In this document: positions 29,025-39,532 of the stretch, one piece after another | Layout of the letters: each line of letters starts with the position of its first letter | Position numbering within the stretch: position 1 is the stretch's first letter | Source of the DNA: a virus | Length of the DNA: 64,000 bases | Virus record (IMG/VR): IMGVR_UViG_3300021469_000002 | Coordinates: 1-64,000 of that record | Direction: 5' to 3' (one strand) | Notes under the pieces: generated by a model | What the model saw: only the letters and a program-made list of their open reading frames with translations | Databases searched by the model: none | What the model was told of the DNA's origin: nothing | Translations under genes and position numbers: made by a program

Positions 29025-29067
29025 TTTATAAATCTTTCGGTTAACCGAAACATTTATATATAAGTTA
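29025..29067. promoter_or_regulatory. Back-to-back divergent BRE-TATA promoters
   Basis: TTTATAAA-TC-TTTCGGTTAACCGAAA-CA-TTTATATA, with a 16-bp palindrome at the strand switch. Confidence 0.8.
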
Positions 29068-29082
29068 TGACAAATAATAAAT

Positions 29083-29552
29083 ATGGTATTATTTCCTAAA
29101 AATTCGTGGGATATTGAAGATTTGGTAAAAATAGCGAAACATTTAGGGATAAATTACGAAATTACACCAAAAGGTAATTTTTGGGTAAACAATAATAAAG
29201 AAGCAAACTTAATAACAAATTATATAGTTTGTCCGCAATGTCACAAAGTAAAAAAGAAATATATGGGTTTTGTCTGTGAGGAATGCCACAAAAAGAATTG
29301 GAAAAAGAAAAAAGGAATTAGATTAATATGAAAAAAGAATTAGAAAAATTAGTAGAAAAAATGGAAAACTACTTGAAATGGAAAATAATGCTGGGGGAAA
29401 GTGATGACGGGGAAGAACAGGAAATAAAGACAATTCAGCAAACGATTAAAATAATCCAGCAAGATTTGAATTGGGTCGGAATGCCAGCGGAGCAGAGATT
29501 AAAAGCATTGTTTGGGTTGAGTTCGGCGGGAGAAAGAGGAGTGAAAAAATGA
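29083..29552 (+). CDS. Two small genes (29083-29331 zinc finger CPQC..CEEC; 29328-29552)
   Basis: Leaderless spacing from the TATA box; ATGA overlap. Confidence 0.55.
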
Positions 29553-29760
29553 ATATAAGAGAATTGCACGAAAATTATATATTGCAGAAAAAGAAAGTAT
29601 TACTTGATGGGAGCAAATTAAAAGGTTTTGCTCCCGACAAGTAGCAAACCCGAGCAATTACCAAAAAGTGAGAAAAAATAATTCGGAAAATTTCCTCACT
29701 AAAAAATGGAAAATGCGGGTTGTCACCTCGCACTCCGCACCGTAAGATTTTGGTGATAAT

Positions 29761-30293
29761 GTGTTTATAATTTATCAAGGCGATGTATTAAAAGCATTAA
29801 AACTCATTCCAGACGAATCTGTAGATTGCATCATTACCAGTCCTCCTTATTATGGTCAGAGATTTTATGGCGAAGAGACTAATGTAATATGGGACGGAAA
29901 ACCCGGTTGTAATCACGAATTTGTCTTAAACAAAATAAAAGACCCTATGGATAGAGGTGGTAGTGGAGATAAAGAAAAAAAAACTGGGAAAGAGAGTTAA
30001 ATGTCCAACTTGGGAGATGAAAAATACAGAGGTGGGTTTCTGTAGGAAGTGTGGTGCTTGGTATGGTGGTCTTGGTTTGGAGCCTCATCCGAAAATGTTT
30101 ATAAAACACATATGCGATATAACGGAGGAGTGTATGCGTGTTCTCAAGAAAGAAGGGAATATGTTTTTAAACATTGGAGATACGTGGGCAACTGCTACAC
30201 ACAAAGGTGGTTACTAAATATGTAGAAATAGCGAAAAAGCGTGTGGGTTGGAATCTGGGATTAGGTGTTGAATTTAAATTTATTAAACTCTAA
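29761..30293 (+). pseudogene. Broken beta-class N4-C/N6-A DNA methyltransferase
   Basis: GDVLKAL..IPDESVDCIITSPPY, then a frameshift near the A-run at about 29975, then RVLKKEGNMFLNIGD, then a jump straight to the C-terminal KYVEIAKKR. The SAM-binding DPFxGSG motif is missing. Confidence 0.8.
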
Positions 30294-30381
30294 ATTATAA
30301 TATATATATCAAATCACCAATAAGTTTATATATACATTAATACAAATATAATATATATATTGTTGGTTTGTTGGTGTTTAG

Positions 30382-30660
30382 ATGGTATATGTAGTTGCTA
30401 CAAAATTTGATGCATTTTATGTAGCTAATACTCTTAAAATTAAATATGATGATTCCTATAAAAAAGGAAAAAGAGTTGCTGCAATGACTGATTGTTGGCG
30501 AATAACTCGTTCTAAAAAATTATTTTATTCTTCTTGTACAGTTAGAATGAGATATATTAGAGTTTACGGAAAAATTAAGGCCAATCCAGAGGATTTGACA
30601 TTTAAAGAATTAGAAAAAGAAATTAATAATCCTAAAAAATTTAAATTATTGGGGTGGTGA
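30382..30660 (+). CDS. Hypothetical protein
   Basis: ORF downstream of a TATA-like element at about 30325. Confidence 0.5.
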   Translation: MVYVVATKFDAFYVANTLKIKYDDSYKKGKRVAAMTDCWRITRSKKLFYSSCTVRMRYIRVYGKIKANPEDLTFKELEKEINNPKKFKLLGW

Positions 30661-30661
30661 A

Positions 30662-31321
30662 ATGATGAACAAGCAAAAAGGTAATATGTATCCTTGGGTA
30701 ACTCACACATGGAATGCTATTCGTGGAAAATGTCCATATGATTGTAATTATTGTTATATGAAAAATTTAATAAAAAATAAAAAACTAAGATTAGAAGAAA
30801 AAGAACTTGAAACTGATTTAGGGCAAAATAATTTTATTTTTGTTGGTTCTTCTATAGATATGTTTGCTGAAACGATTCCGAGAATATGGATTGAAAAAGT
30901 TTTGGCTCATTGTAGAAAATATCCAAATAACACTTATCTTTTCCAATCCAAAAACCCAAAACGCTTTTATGAATTTATTAAATTAAGAATGTTCCCCAAA
31001 AGAACTATATTAGGAACGACAATAGAAACTAATAGAAACTATGAAACAAAAGCTCCTCAGCCAAAAGAAAGATATATGGCAATGAAAAATATTAAAGAAT
31101 TTGAAAAAATGGTTAGCATAGAACCTATTATGGATTTTGATTTTAATATTATGGTTGGAATGATATATTTTATTAGACCCAAATTCGTTTCAATCGGGGC
31201 TGATAGCAAAGGGCATAATTTACCTGAACCACCAAAAGAAAGACTTATTAAATTAATCGAAGAACTTACCAGATTTACTAAAGTTAAAGTTAAGGACAAT
31301 CTTAAACGATTATTAATATGA
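30662..31321 (+). CDS. DUF5131 / phage Gp37Gp68 radical-SAM-like protein
   Basis: TWNAIRGKCPYDCNYCY, FVGSSIDMF, FQSKNPKR, GTTIET, VSIEP. Confidence 0.8.
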   Translation: MMNKQKGNMYPWVTHTWNAIRGKCPYDCNYCYMKNLIKNKKLRLEEKELETDLGQNNFIFVGSSIDMFAETIPRIWIEKVLAHCRKYPNNTYLFQSKNPKRFYEFIKLRMFPKRTILGTTIETNRNYETKAPQPKERYMAMKNIKEFEKMVSIEPIMDFDFNIMVGMIYFIRPKFVSIGADSKGHNLPEPPKERLIKLIEELTRFTKVKVKDNLKRLLI

Positions 31322-32709
31322 GAACATTAGAACAAATTTTTGGAGATGAGAAAGAAGAAAAATTCCTACTAGATTGTAGATTTGATTTTGGTAAATGGGT
31401 TAGAAGAGTACATGGTTATCAATATAAATGGTTTCATAAAGAATGGGTTGATGCTCTTGAATCTAAAAAAAGGATAGCTATCCTAGCTCCTACGGGTTTT
31501 GGTAAAACAACAATACTTGCTGTATGTTATTCGATATGGAAAACTTTTTATAATCCTTATTGGCAGGGTTTAATAGTTTCTAATTCTGTTCCTCAAGCAA
31601 CGAAAATAATAGATCAAATCAAATTTGAATTAACTGAAAATGAACTATTACAGCGTTTAATTCCTAGTTATTCTCAATTAACTTGGAGCAAAACAGAAAT
31701 TTCTACAGCCACTAAAGGAAAAATATTTTGCAAACCTTATGGTGAAAGTGCAAAAGGAGTGCATGTAGACTATGTTTTATGCGATGAGGCTTCATCTTAT
31801 CGTGACCATAATATATTTTTTCGGTATATAGTAACAAGAGCAACAGCAAAAAGAGGTTGTGTTGCTGCAATCTCAACGCCTGTAAATGAAACTGATTTAA
31901 TGATTTCTAAATTAATGAAAAACCCGGAATACTGGCACAAGGCATACCCTGCTATACAAAATGGAAAATCTATATGGCCGGAAAGATTTCCATTAGAATG
32001 GCTAAGAAAAAGAGAAGCGGAGATTGGTAAAACAGCATTTGCTCAACAATATTTATGTAGAATAGTGCCTGAATCAGAAGAAATTCCATTTCCTATGAAT
32101 TTATTAATAAAGGCACATGATTTGAATTTAAGATTTATGGATAAAAGACCAGAAGGAGATACTGATCCTTATTATGTTGGTTGCGACTTTGCTCTTGCTA
32201 TAAAGGGAGATTGGTCTGCATTTGTAGTTGGTAAGAAAAGAAAAGATAATAAAATTCAAGTCGTTAAGATATTTAGATTTAGAGGAATGTTGCCATCAGC
32301 TCAAATGGAAGTTTTAAGAAGTATTAATAATAATTATCAACCCAATAGGATGCTTTTGGATAAATCTAATTTTGGAGAAATGTTTGTTAGAGATTTAATA
32401 GCAGAAAATCTTCCTGTAGTTGGTTTTCCATTTACACAGGAAAATAGAAACTCGGCGTTTGCAAAAGCTATAACATTATTCAATGAAGGTAATATAATAT
32501 TGCCATATAGTAAAGAGGAAACTCCAACATCAAAAATGATTGACAGACTAGAACACGAATTAACTCATTTTGTTGTTGATAAGACACCAAGAGGATACGC
32601 AACATATAAAAGTTTATCTGATTATGATGATGTAGCTATTGCTTTTATATTAATGGTTAAGGCGGCATCGGAAGAAAGAAAGTTTTTATCATACATGAGG
32701 GCTAGGTAA
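31318..32709 (+). CDS. terL: Terminase large subunit
   Basis: Walker A APTGFGKT, Walker B LCDEA, ISTP, WPERF, nuclease GCDFA...D...DDVAIA. Confidence 0.93.
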   Translation: MRTLEQIFGDEKEEKFLLDCRFDFGKWVRRVHGYQYKWFHKEWVDALESKKRIAILAPTGFGKTTILAVCYSIWKTFYNPYWQGLIVSNSVPQATKIIDQIKFELTENELLQRLIPSYSQLTWSKTEISTATKGKIFCKPYGESAKGVHVDYVLCDEASSYRDHNIFFRYIVTRATAKRGCVAAISTPVNETDLMISKLMKNPEYWHKAYPAIQNGKSIWPERFPLEWLRKREAEIGKTAFAQQYLCRIVPESEEIPFPMNLLIKAHDLNLRFMDKRPEGDTDPYYVGCDFALAIKGDWSAFVVGKKRKDNKIQVVKIFRFRGMLPSAQMEVLRSINNNYQPNRMLLDKSNFGEMFVRDLIAENLPVVGFPFTQENRNSAFAKAITLFNEGNIILPYSKEETPTSKMIDRLEHELTHFVVDKTPRGYATYKSLSDYDDVAIAFILMVKAASEERKFLSYMRAR

Positions 32710-32813
32710 TCTATATTATAACAAATATAGTGTAAGGAAAATGTAAGCGGAAAACTTTATAATTTAGTTATGTATAAATTATAATTAGGGATTACTATAC
32801 AAAGGTTAATGGT

Positions 32814-34091
32814 ATGGTTGTACTGGACTTCAATTCTATTAGAGGTATTTTTAAGGGTTCTCAAAGACAAGTAATCCAGACTCTAGCAATAAGAAGCAGT
32901 GCAGGCGAAACGAAGACAATAAAATCAGATGAAGAAGAAATAAAAAGAGTTTCTCCGCTTGATTTAGAAACAATATATATTAGAGAAGGAATGGTTTATA
33001 ATTGGATTAATAAATTTGTTGAATCATTTCTTTCTTCCGATTTCAGAATTAATACATCTAATACAAGAGAACGCAGAATAATGGAAGATTTTTTAAGAGC
33101 TTCAGATTTTAGAAATTTATTAAAAACTACTGTTGCTCATATGTTGATTTACGGGAATGCTTTCTGGGAAAAAATAACTAATGATGGACCTAAAATTCTT
33201 GCTGTTACATGGATTGATCCAAAAAGTATGGATGTTAAAAGAACATCAATGGGTAAAATTATTTATGATATGGATGGTAAACCAACGGCTTATGTGCAAT
33301 ATGTTAAATGGAATGTTGACACTTCCAAAGTTCCAAAAGAAAGATTAATACAACAACAGCCAATGTTTTCTTATCAAAGCGGAAAAGGTATACTTTTAAA
33401 AAGAGAGGAAATTGTTCATTTTACTTTAAATACTGTGGGAGATTCTTGGTGGGGGGTTGGGTTAATTGAACCAATATATAATATAGTTAGGGTAAAACAA
33501 AACGCTGAAGCGGGATATGCAGAAGCTATTCAAAGAGTTGCTTATCCAAGAATATGGGTAAGAATTGGAGATGAACAACATCCGCCAACACAAGAACAAA
33601 TAGATGATGTATGGAATCAATTAAAAGGATTAGAAACAAAACATCAGTTTGTAACGCCATATTATTACAATCCACAAATTCTTGAATCAAAAAGGGTTGA
33701 AAGATTAGCACAAAATTTAAAATATTTTTCTGATCAAATAGTTGCAGGTTTGGGAGGACCAAAACCGTTTATTACTGGACTAGGTACAGATACAAATAAG
33801 GCAACATTAAATGATCAAAAAATATTATTTGAAAGACAGTTAAAAGCATTACAAGAGCAAATTAGTCATACCATAATGAAAAATGTGTTTGCTGATATAG
33901 CAAAACAGTATAGATTTCGTTCTGTTCCTGTATTAGTTTGGGAAGAAATTTCTACAGAAAGTTTAGACAGTAAAGCAGATAGACTGGTTAAATATGTTAA
34001 TTCTGGATTGCTTATTCCAGACAAGGAAATAAGAAATATAGTAAGACGGTCGGAGAGATTACCGGAGGAGCCCAACGATATTCAAAAATAA
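32814..34091 (+). CDS. Portal protein
   Basis: Follows TerL; IYGNAFWE, IVHF, WGVGLIEP, NKAT motifs. Confidence 0.88.
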   Translation: MVVLDFNSIRGIFKGSQRQVIQTLAIRSSAGETKTIKSDEEEIKRVSPLDLETIYIREGMVYNWINKFVESFLSSDFRINTSNTRERRIMEDFLRASDFRNLLKTTVAHMLIYGNAFWEKITNDGPKILAVTWIDPKSMDVKRTSMGKIIYDMDGKPTAYVQYVKWNVDTSKVPKERLIQQQPMFSYQSGKGILLKREEIVHFTLNTVGDSWWGVGLIEPIYNIVRVKQNAEAGYAEAIQRVAYPRIWVRIGDEQHPPTQEQIDDVWNQLKGLETKHQFVTPYYYNPQILESKRVERLAQNLKYFSDQIVAGLGGPKPFITGLGTDTNKATLNDQKILFERQLKALQEQISHTIMKNVFADIAKQYRFRSVPVLVWEEISTESLDSKADRLVKYVNSGLLIPDKEIRNIVRRSERLPEEPNDIQK

Positions 34092-34218
34092 TAAGAGATA
34101 AATATGAAAAAAATATCAGGCGTTTTCATCTCCAGAATGTTAAAAGAGGTTTTGGAAATTAGAAATTCCCTGGATTCACTTGATGCAAAGTTGGAGAACC
34201 ATTTAAATAATTGTTGTG

Positions 34219-34533
34219 ATGAAAATGCCAAGGAAAAAAAGTAATTCAGGAGAAGCTTCAATATCTGCCTTATTTACACATATAACTTATATTAGAGAAA
34301 AAATAGATGATTTGGATAAAAAAGTTGATGCTCATATAAATAATTTTGAAAATTGTAGAAGGGAACATAATAAAATAATAAGTAATCATAATGCTCGACT
34401 TCAAAAACTTGAAGATTGGAAATATTTTGAAGAAAATCAATGGCAAAGAAAAGTTCAAAAACACGGTTTATTAGTTGGGATATTGGCTATGATTGTTTCG
34501 GCTATTATAAGTATATGGAGTTTGGTGCATTAA
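34219..34533 (+). CDS. Coiled-coil protein with C-terminal transmembrane helix (holin/XhlA-like)
   Basis: Heptad region then GLLVGILAMIVSAIISIWSLV. Confidence 0.55.
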   Translation: MKMPRKKSNSGEASISALFTHITYIREKIDDLDKKVDAHINNFENCRREHNKIISNHNARLQKLEDWKYFEENQWQRKVQKHGLLVGILAMIVSAIISIWSLVH

Positions 34534-34534
34534 A

Positions 34535-37500
34535 ATGAAATTAACGATTTTAGGTTCGGGTCCTACTAAACCCGTTATGGGTAAAGGAAAGAATAGACGT
34601 AGGAATAGTTCTATGCTTTTACAAACAAGAAACGGAATTAATATTCTTTTTGATTGCACTCCTAATTTTTATGAACAAATGCAAACCTTTGCTGATAATA
34701 TTAATAGAATAGATTATATTATTATTAGCCATGGTCATGCAGATGCAATTGGTGGAATACCGCAATTAAAACATTGGCTACAAGAAAAGAAACAAGAAGA
34801 TAAACCAATTGTATACATGGAAAAAGAAACCGAAGCCAGAATAAGAGAAAAGTTTAAAGACATTGAACATATTAATATAAAAAATTTTACCCCGTACAAA
34901 GTTTTAAATTTAGACTATCTAAAAATAGTTCCATTTAGGGTAATACACGCTGAGGCATTTCCAACAGGTCATAAATTTCCATGCGTAGGATTCAGAATTG
35001 ATAATAAAGTTGTATATGCTGAAGATATGGAAAAAGCACCAGAAAAGTCTATACCATATTTTGATAAATCTCATGTAATTATTATCGATGCAGCGATGTG
35101 GTTTGGAAAAAGTATTAGAGGACATATGAATATAGAAGAAGCATTACAATTTGTTAAAAAATTTAAAACTAGGAAAGTTGTTTTCACACAAGCAGGACAC
35201 ACTTATCCTGATTATGTAACAGCTTTAAAAGAAATTAAAAAGCGTTGGAAAGAAATAGGCGGAAGTTCAAAAGTTGATATTGAATTAGCTTATGATGGTA
35301 TGGAAATTAATATACCAGATTATTTCCAAAAAATAAATGATTATCTTATTGAGTTAAGAGAGGGAATATATCTTCCTGCTCCTCATGCAGAATTGCTTTG
35401 GAAAGGAAATAAGAAATATATTGTTAAAGCAAAAAAATATTCAAAAATGTTAGACAGGCTTCTTTATGTTTGTGATCAAAAATACGCTTATGCAATAATT
35501 AAATTAAAAAAGCCATTTATGATTAATCTCGAAGAATTTAATAAGTATAAACCAAAACATCTTGTTAGTAATGAAGAAAGAAAGAAATGGTGGGGTAATA
35601 AAAGGTATTTATTTCTTTATCCATTTGATATAGTTGAAAAATTCAAAAAACCTAAAGAAATTAAAGTTGAACGAGGAGTACAAACTTTCATAAAGAATGT
35701 TAAATTTTTAGCAGAACTCTCTACTATTGAACTTATTGAGGATGTCGCAGAATATGACCCACATACTGTTGGTAATGCACAGTTGGCTGATGATTGGAGA
35801 ATTGTTTGTGCTTGGTATGCAACCAAGAAAAAAGGAGGCAAAATTAAATTTTCATTAGAAACTATAGTAAATTTAGCAAAACTAATTTATGATGAAATAG
35901 TTAAAAGAGTTAAAAGAGGAGATATGAAACATGAGTTTCAGCCAGAAAAAATGACTCCATTTTCAAAACAATTATATGATATAGTTTCTCAAAATAAAAT
36001 TATTAAAACACCAGAAGAAGAATGTAAAGATACAGAATATACTGTAGATGTCGAGGAAGTAAAGCCCTTAATAGACCAATTTAAAGAGTTTAAAATAATT
36101 AAAGATTTTATTTCAATTGTGGGTTCGACAGTCAAAAGAGAACCGGGTCATAAACCAAATGATATAGATTTGCATATTCGTTTAAGAACGCCACCAGATT
36201 ATATTAAACGAGCAATAGAAGTAAGAATACTAAAAATGCTTCCAGCAGAGATTGCAAATAAAATTCATTTTGTATGGGGAGATCCAGAGGGTTCACATGA
36301 TTCTTTTATTCCTCTTTATGATCTTGCATTAGTAAGGACAGAACCAAAAGTTGTTGAAATGAAAGATACAACAACAGCTCAAGTTCCTGAACTTCTTCCA
36401 ACTGTTTGGATTGTTGGAAAAAAAGTTAGGGTTAAAGACAAAATTGGAAAAATAAAAGAAATAAAAAAAGAACCAAAAATATATATAATTGAATTTGAAG
36501 ACGGAACAACCATAGAAGCAAAAGAGGAAGAACTAAAAGCTATAGATTTTATTCCTCTCAAACCTTTTTTACCTCTTAAAAGCACATCTATATATAACAA
36601 AACAAAATTTTATGATCTTAAAAAAATAATAGAAGTACTTAATCCTAGTGAAGAAAATCTTTATATAGTTGAAGAAAAATTTGATGGTTTTAGAGGGGTA
36701 TTACATAAAAAAGGAAATAAAGTAAAAATCTTTTCGGATCAAGGAAAAGATATAACTGATGCTTTTCCTACAATATGTGATCAAGCACTTGATTTAACAG
36801 CAGAAGATATTATACTTGATGGGGAAATTGTTCCTTATGATAAAAAAGGAAGATCTTTGGGAAGAAGAGGATTAATGGAGTTCATTGGAGCAATTAGATC
36901 AGGCAAAAAATTAGATGATTCGAATATTAAATATCATGTCTTTGATATTCTTTATTATAAAAATAAATCTTTACACGATGCCAGACTTTATGAAAGAAAA
37001 AAAGTACTTAACCTATTAAAATTCACAAAAAATATAGTCAAAGTTCCATTTGTTGTTGTTGCTAATAAAGAACAATTGGAAAAAGCAATAAAATTATTCA
37101 GGGCTTTACCAAAAAGCGAAGGTGCGATGATAAAGGCTTATAATTCTACTTATCCAGTTAGTGGAAAAACTCCTTTCTGGATTAAATTTAGAAACGCAAG
37201 AGATATTCATGTCAAAGTTTTAAAAGTTTTGCCTGTTAAAGGAACAGAAAATGCTTGGAGATATATGTGTGGCATTGAAATTCCAGAAAAAAAAATTAAA
37301 GAATTTAATCCTGATAAACTTATGAAATATAATTCAAAAACCTATATGGTTTTTGGCAATACATTTAATACTTCTGTAAAAGCAAAAATTGGAGATATCA
37401 TTGATGTTGATGTTCAAGAAATTTGGAAACATGTTGGTCCTAAAGGAATACATTATAGCTGGCATAAACCCGATGTTCGATTTCTATCTGAAAGAAAGAC

Positions 37501-39355
37501 TACTTCAACAATAGCTGATTTAGATGCAATAGTTGATGCTATAGGAGTTTTGGTTAAAGAATATGGAGAAGAAGCAATTTTAAAAGAATTTGAATTAATG
37601 AAACAAGAATTAAAAAAAATAAAAGATGAAGGAGAAACTAGAGCAGAATATGCAACCAAGTTTTGGGCGTCTCATTGGTGGAAATCATATCCAAAAACAG
37701 GAAAAGGTAAAATGGTCTACCAACATCATTGGAGAGGGTTGACAGAAGAAGAAGCAAAATGGGATGAAGAAAAGTTATTACAAACTGATAGAAGCGTTCA
37801 TGGTGATTTAAGAATGCAGTTTAATCCTAATACTTTATTTGGTTTTACGATATTCTTAGGCGAAGTAGAAGATTTAAGAAAAGGAAGGGATTTATGGAAT
37901 CTTAAAGAGCCAGATAAATTGCAAGGAACATGGAAACTTTGGCAGCCTTGTATCTCGGAAGATTCTTTTGTGATAAAAAATCAAAATATAATTCAGGCTA
38001 AAGAGCTTCATATAGGCGATAAAATTTTGGATGCTAATGGCGTTTTTAGTCCCATAACTTCAATTGATGAAATAGAAGACAACGAACAGTATTTGATTAA
38101 ACCAAGTTATGGCTTACCTATCCAAGTGAGTAAATTGCATCCGTTTTTAGTTAACGGGTTAAGCGAAAGCCATACATTAGCACTGCTTTCACACAAGAAA
38201 AGAAAGATAATCAAACATAATTGTTTGCCCGTTTGGAAAAACGCAAAAGACTTAAAGATTGGCGATATATTACTTTTCCCTAAGTTAAAAATTAAGAAAA
38301 TTAATTATATTGGCACTTATGAAGAGGGAAAAATAATCGGATTCTTTCTTGGAGATGGGCATTTGTTTAGAGCTGGAAAAGATTATAAAACTCTATATTG
38401 TGCTTTAACCTTTAATGCAAAAGAAGATATCAATTCATATAAGAACTTGCTGAGAAAAATGGGTGTCCATAGCTGGATTTCCAGCCCCCCATCTGCAAAA
38501 AATACAAAAAATCTGGTATTTACATGTAAAGGAAGAATCAAAGATCTCATATTTCAGGTTTTTGACAAAGAAAAACAAATACCGCACAAATATTTGTATG
38601 CAAATAAAAAATTTATTAAAGGTTTGATAGACGGGTTAGTGGATTCTGATGGATATGATAAAAACAATCGAAGGTTCATAATTAATACATCAGCTTCAAT
38701 AATAAATGGAGCTGTTTTATTGTTACATCGGTTAGGTCATATTCCAAGTATCCGTTATAGAGAGAACAGTGATGTTGGCTTTAGGCTTCGTAAAAAGAAA
38801 AGCAAATTAAAAAAAGTTTTTGAAATAAGTTGGACTAAAAAACCAAAACATAAAAATTGGTTTGATTATGAAAATTTTTACGGTTTCAGGGTCAGACATA
38901 TAGAAAAAGCAAAACCCAAAAGGTTATTGAATATAATCACGAAAAGCCATACATTATGCTCCCCCTATTTCATTATGCATAATTCCGCGTGGTTAGATGT
39001 CGGCAAGAAAAAACCTTATGTATCAAAACCATCTGAAGTGGGAGCAACTCCAAAAAAATATGCAAAATTTTTTGCTGAAGATTGGGGTACATATGAAATT
39101 GGTGTATGGAGAGAGCACTTTTTTGAGTTTTTCTTCCATGGAAAAAAATTAAAAGGTAGATATTTGATTGTGTATGCTCCTGTGGGAGAAGGAGGAAGAA
39201 AATGGTTAATTGGAAAACCAGCAGATCAAACTCCTTATGCTGATAAACATAATATAGAAGATATAATAAAAGAATTAAAAATGAAAAAACAAGAATGGTT
39301 AATTTGGGCAAAACCTGGTGTCAAACCCAAGCTTATTAATGTGAAAAGGCGTTAA
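34535..39355 (+). CDS. Multidomain end-processing protein: MBL hydrolase + ASCH-like + Pol-beta nucleotidyltransferase + KOW/SH3-like + ATP-dependent DNA ligase + LigD 3'-phosphoesterase (with intein)
   Basis: LTILGSG..SHGHADA..H..D..GH; GIYLPAPHAELLWKG.K; IVGS..NDIDL; EEKFDGFR, ILDGEI, VFDIL, EGAMIK; YQHH..VHGDLR..DWGTYE..FHGKKLKGRY..KWLI. Confidence 0.85.
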   Translation: MKLTILGSGPTKPVMGKGKNRRRNSSMLLQTRNGINILFDCTPNFYEQMQTFADNINRIDYIIISHGHADAIGGIPQLKHWLQEKKQEDKPIVYMEKETEARIREKFKDIEHINIKNFTPYKVLNLDYLKIVPFRVIHAEAFPTGHKFPCVGFRIDNKVVYAEDMEKAPEKSIPYFDKSHVIIIDAAMWFGKSIRGHMNIEEALQFVKKFKTRKVVFTQAGHTYPDYVTALKEIKKRWKEIGGSSKVDIELAYDGMEINIPDYFQKINDYLIELREGIYLPAPHAELLWKGNKKYIVKAKKYSKMLDRLLYVCDQKYAYAIIKLKKPFMINLEEFNKYKPKHLVSNEERKKWWGNKRYLFLYPFDIVEKFKKPKEIKVERGVQTFIKNVKFLAELSTIELIEDVAEYDPHTVGNAQLADDWRIVCAWYATKKKGGKIKFSLETIVNLAKLIYDEIVKRVKRGDMKHEFQPEKMTPFSKQLYDIVSQNKIIKTPEEECKDTEYTVDVEEVKPLIDQFKEFKIIKDFISIVGSTVKREPGHKPNDIDLHIRLRTPPDYIKRAIEVRILKMLPAEIANKIHFVWGDPEGSHDSFIPLYDLALVRTEPKVVEMKDTTTAQVPELLPTVWIVGKKVRVKDKIGKIKEIKKEPKIYIIEFEDGTTIEAKEEELKAIDFIPLKPFLPLKSTSIYNKTKFYDLKKIIEVLNPSEENLYIVEEKFDGFRGVLHKKGNKVKIFSDQGKDITDAFPTICDQALDLTAEDIILDGEIVPYDKKGRSLGRRGLMEFIGAIRSGKKLDDSNIKYHVFDILYYKNKSLHDARLYERKKVLNLLKFTKNIVKVPFVVVANKEQLEKAIKLFRALPKSEGAMIKAYNSTYPVSGKTPFWIKFRNARDIHVKVLKVLPVKGTENAWRYMCGIEIPEKKIKEFNPDKLMKYNSKTYMVFGNTFNTSVKAKIGDIIDVDVQEIWKHVGPKGIHYSWHKPDVRFLSERKTTSTIADLDAIVDAIGVLVKEYGEEAILKEFELMKQELKKIKDEGETRAEYATKFWASHWWKSYPKTGKGKMVYQHHWRGLTEEEAKWDEEKLLQTDRSVHGDLRMQFNPNTLFGFTIFLGEVEDLRKGRDLWNLKEPDKLQGTWKLWQPCISEDSFVIKNQNIIQAKELHIGDKILDANGVFSPITSIDEIEDNEQYLIKPSYGLPIQVSKLHPFLVNGLSESHTLALLSHKKRKIIKHNCLPVWKNAKDLKIGDILLFPKLKIKKINYIGTYEEGKIIGFFLGDGHLFRAGKDYKTLYCALTFNAKEDINSYKNLLRKMGVHSWISSPPSAKNTKNLVFTCKGRIKDLIFQVFDKEKQIPHKYLYANKKFIKGLIDGLVDSDGYDKNNRRFIINTSASIINGAVLLLHRLGHIPSIRYRENSDVGFRLRKKKSKLKKVFEISWTKKPKHKNWFDYENFYGFRVRHIEKAKPKRLLNIITKSHTLCSPYFIMHNSAWLDVGKKKPYVSKPSEVGATPKKYAKFFAEDWGTYEIGVWREHFFEFFFHGKKLKGRYLIVYAPVGEGGRKWLIGKPADQTPYADKHNIEDIIKELKMKKQEWLIWAKPGVKPKLINVKRR
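37949..38983 (+). mobile_element. Intein (345 aa) with LAGLIDADG endonuclease in the phosphoesterase domain
   Basis: WQP|CISEDS, SKLHPF, IGFFLGDG, IDGLVDSDG, IMHN|S. Confidence 0.92.
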
Positions 39356-39357
39356 AA

Positions 39358-39504
39358 ATGGCATATCCAAAAATACCGATAGAAAAGATTCAAAAAATAA
39401 TTGAAATGACTAATAACGGAGAAAGTAGAAAAAGAATTGCTAGAGTAGTAGAATGTAGCACATCCACAGTTTATAGATATCAAAAAGAGTTTGACCTTAT
39501 TTAA
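39358..39504 (+). CDS. Small HTH protein (48 aa)
   Basis: GESRKRIARVVECSTSTVYRY. Confidence 0.65.
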   Translation: MAYPKIPIEKIQKIIEMTNNGESRKRIARVVECSTSTVYRYQKEFDLI

Positions 39505-39532
39505 TATATGCTACAATAGATATTTAAAAAGA

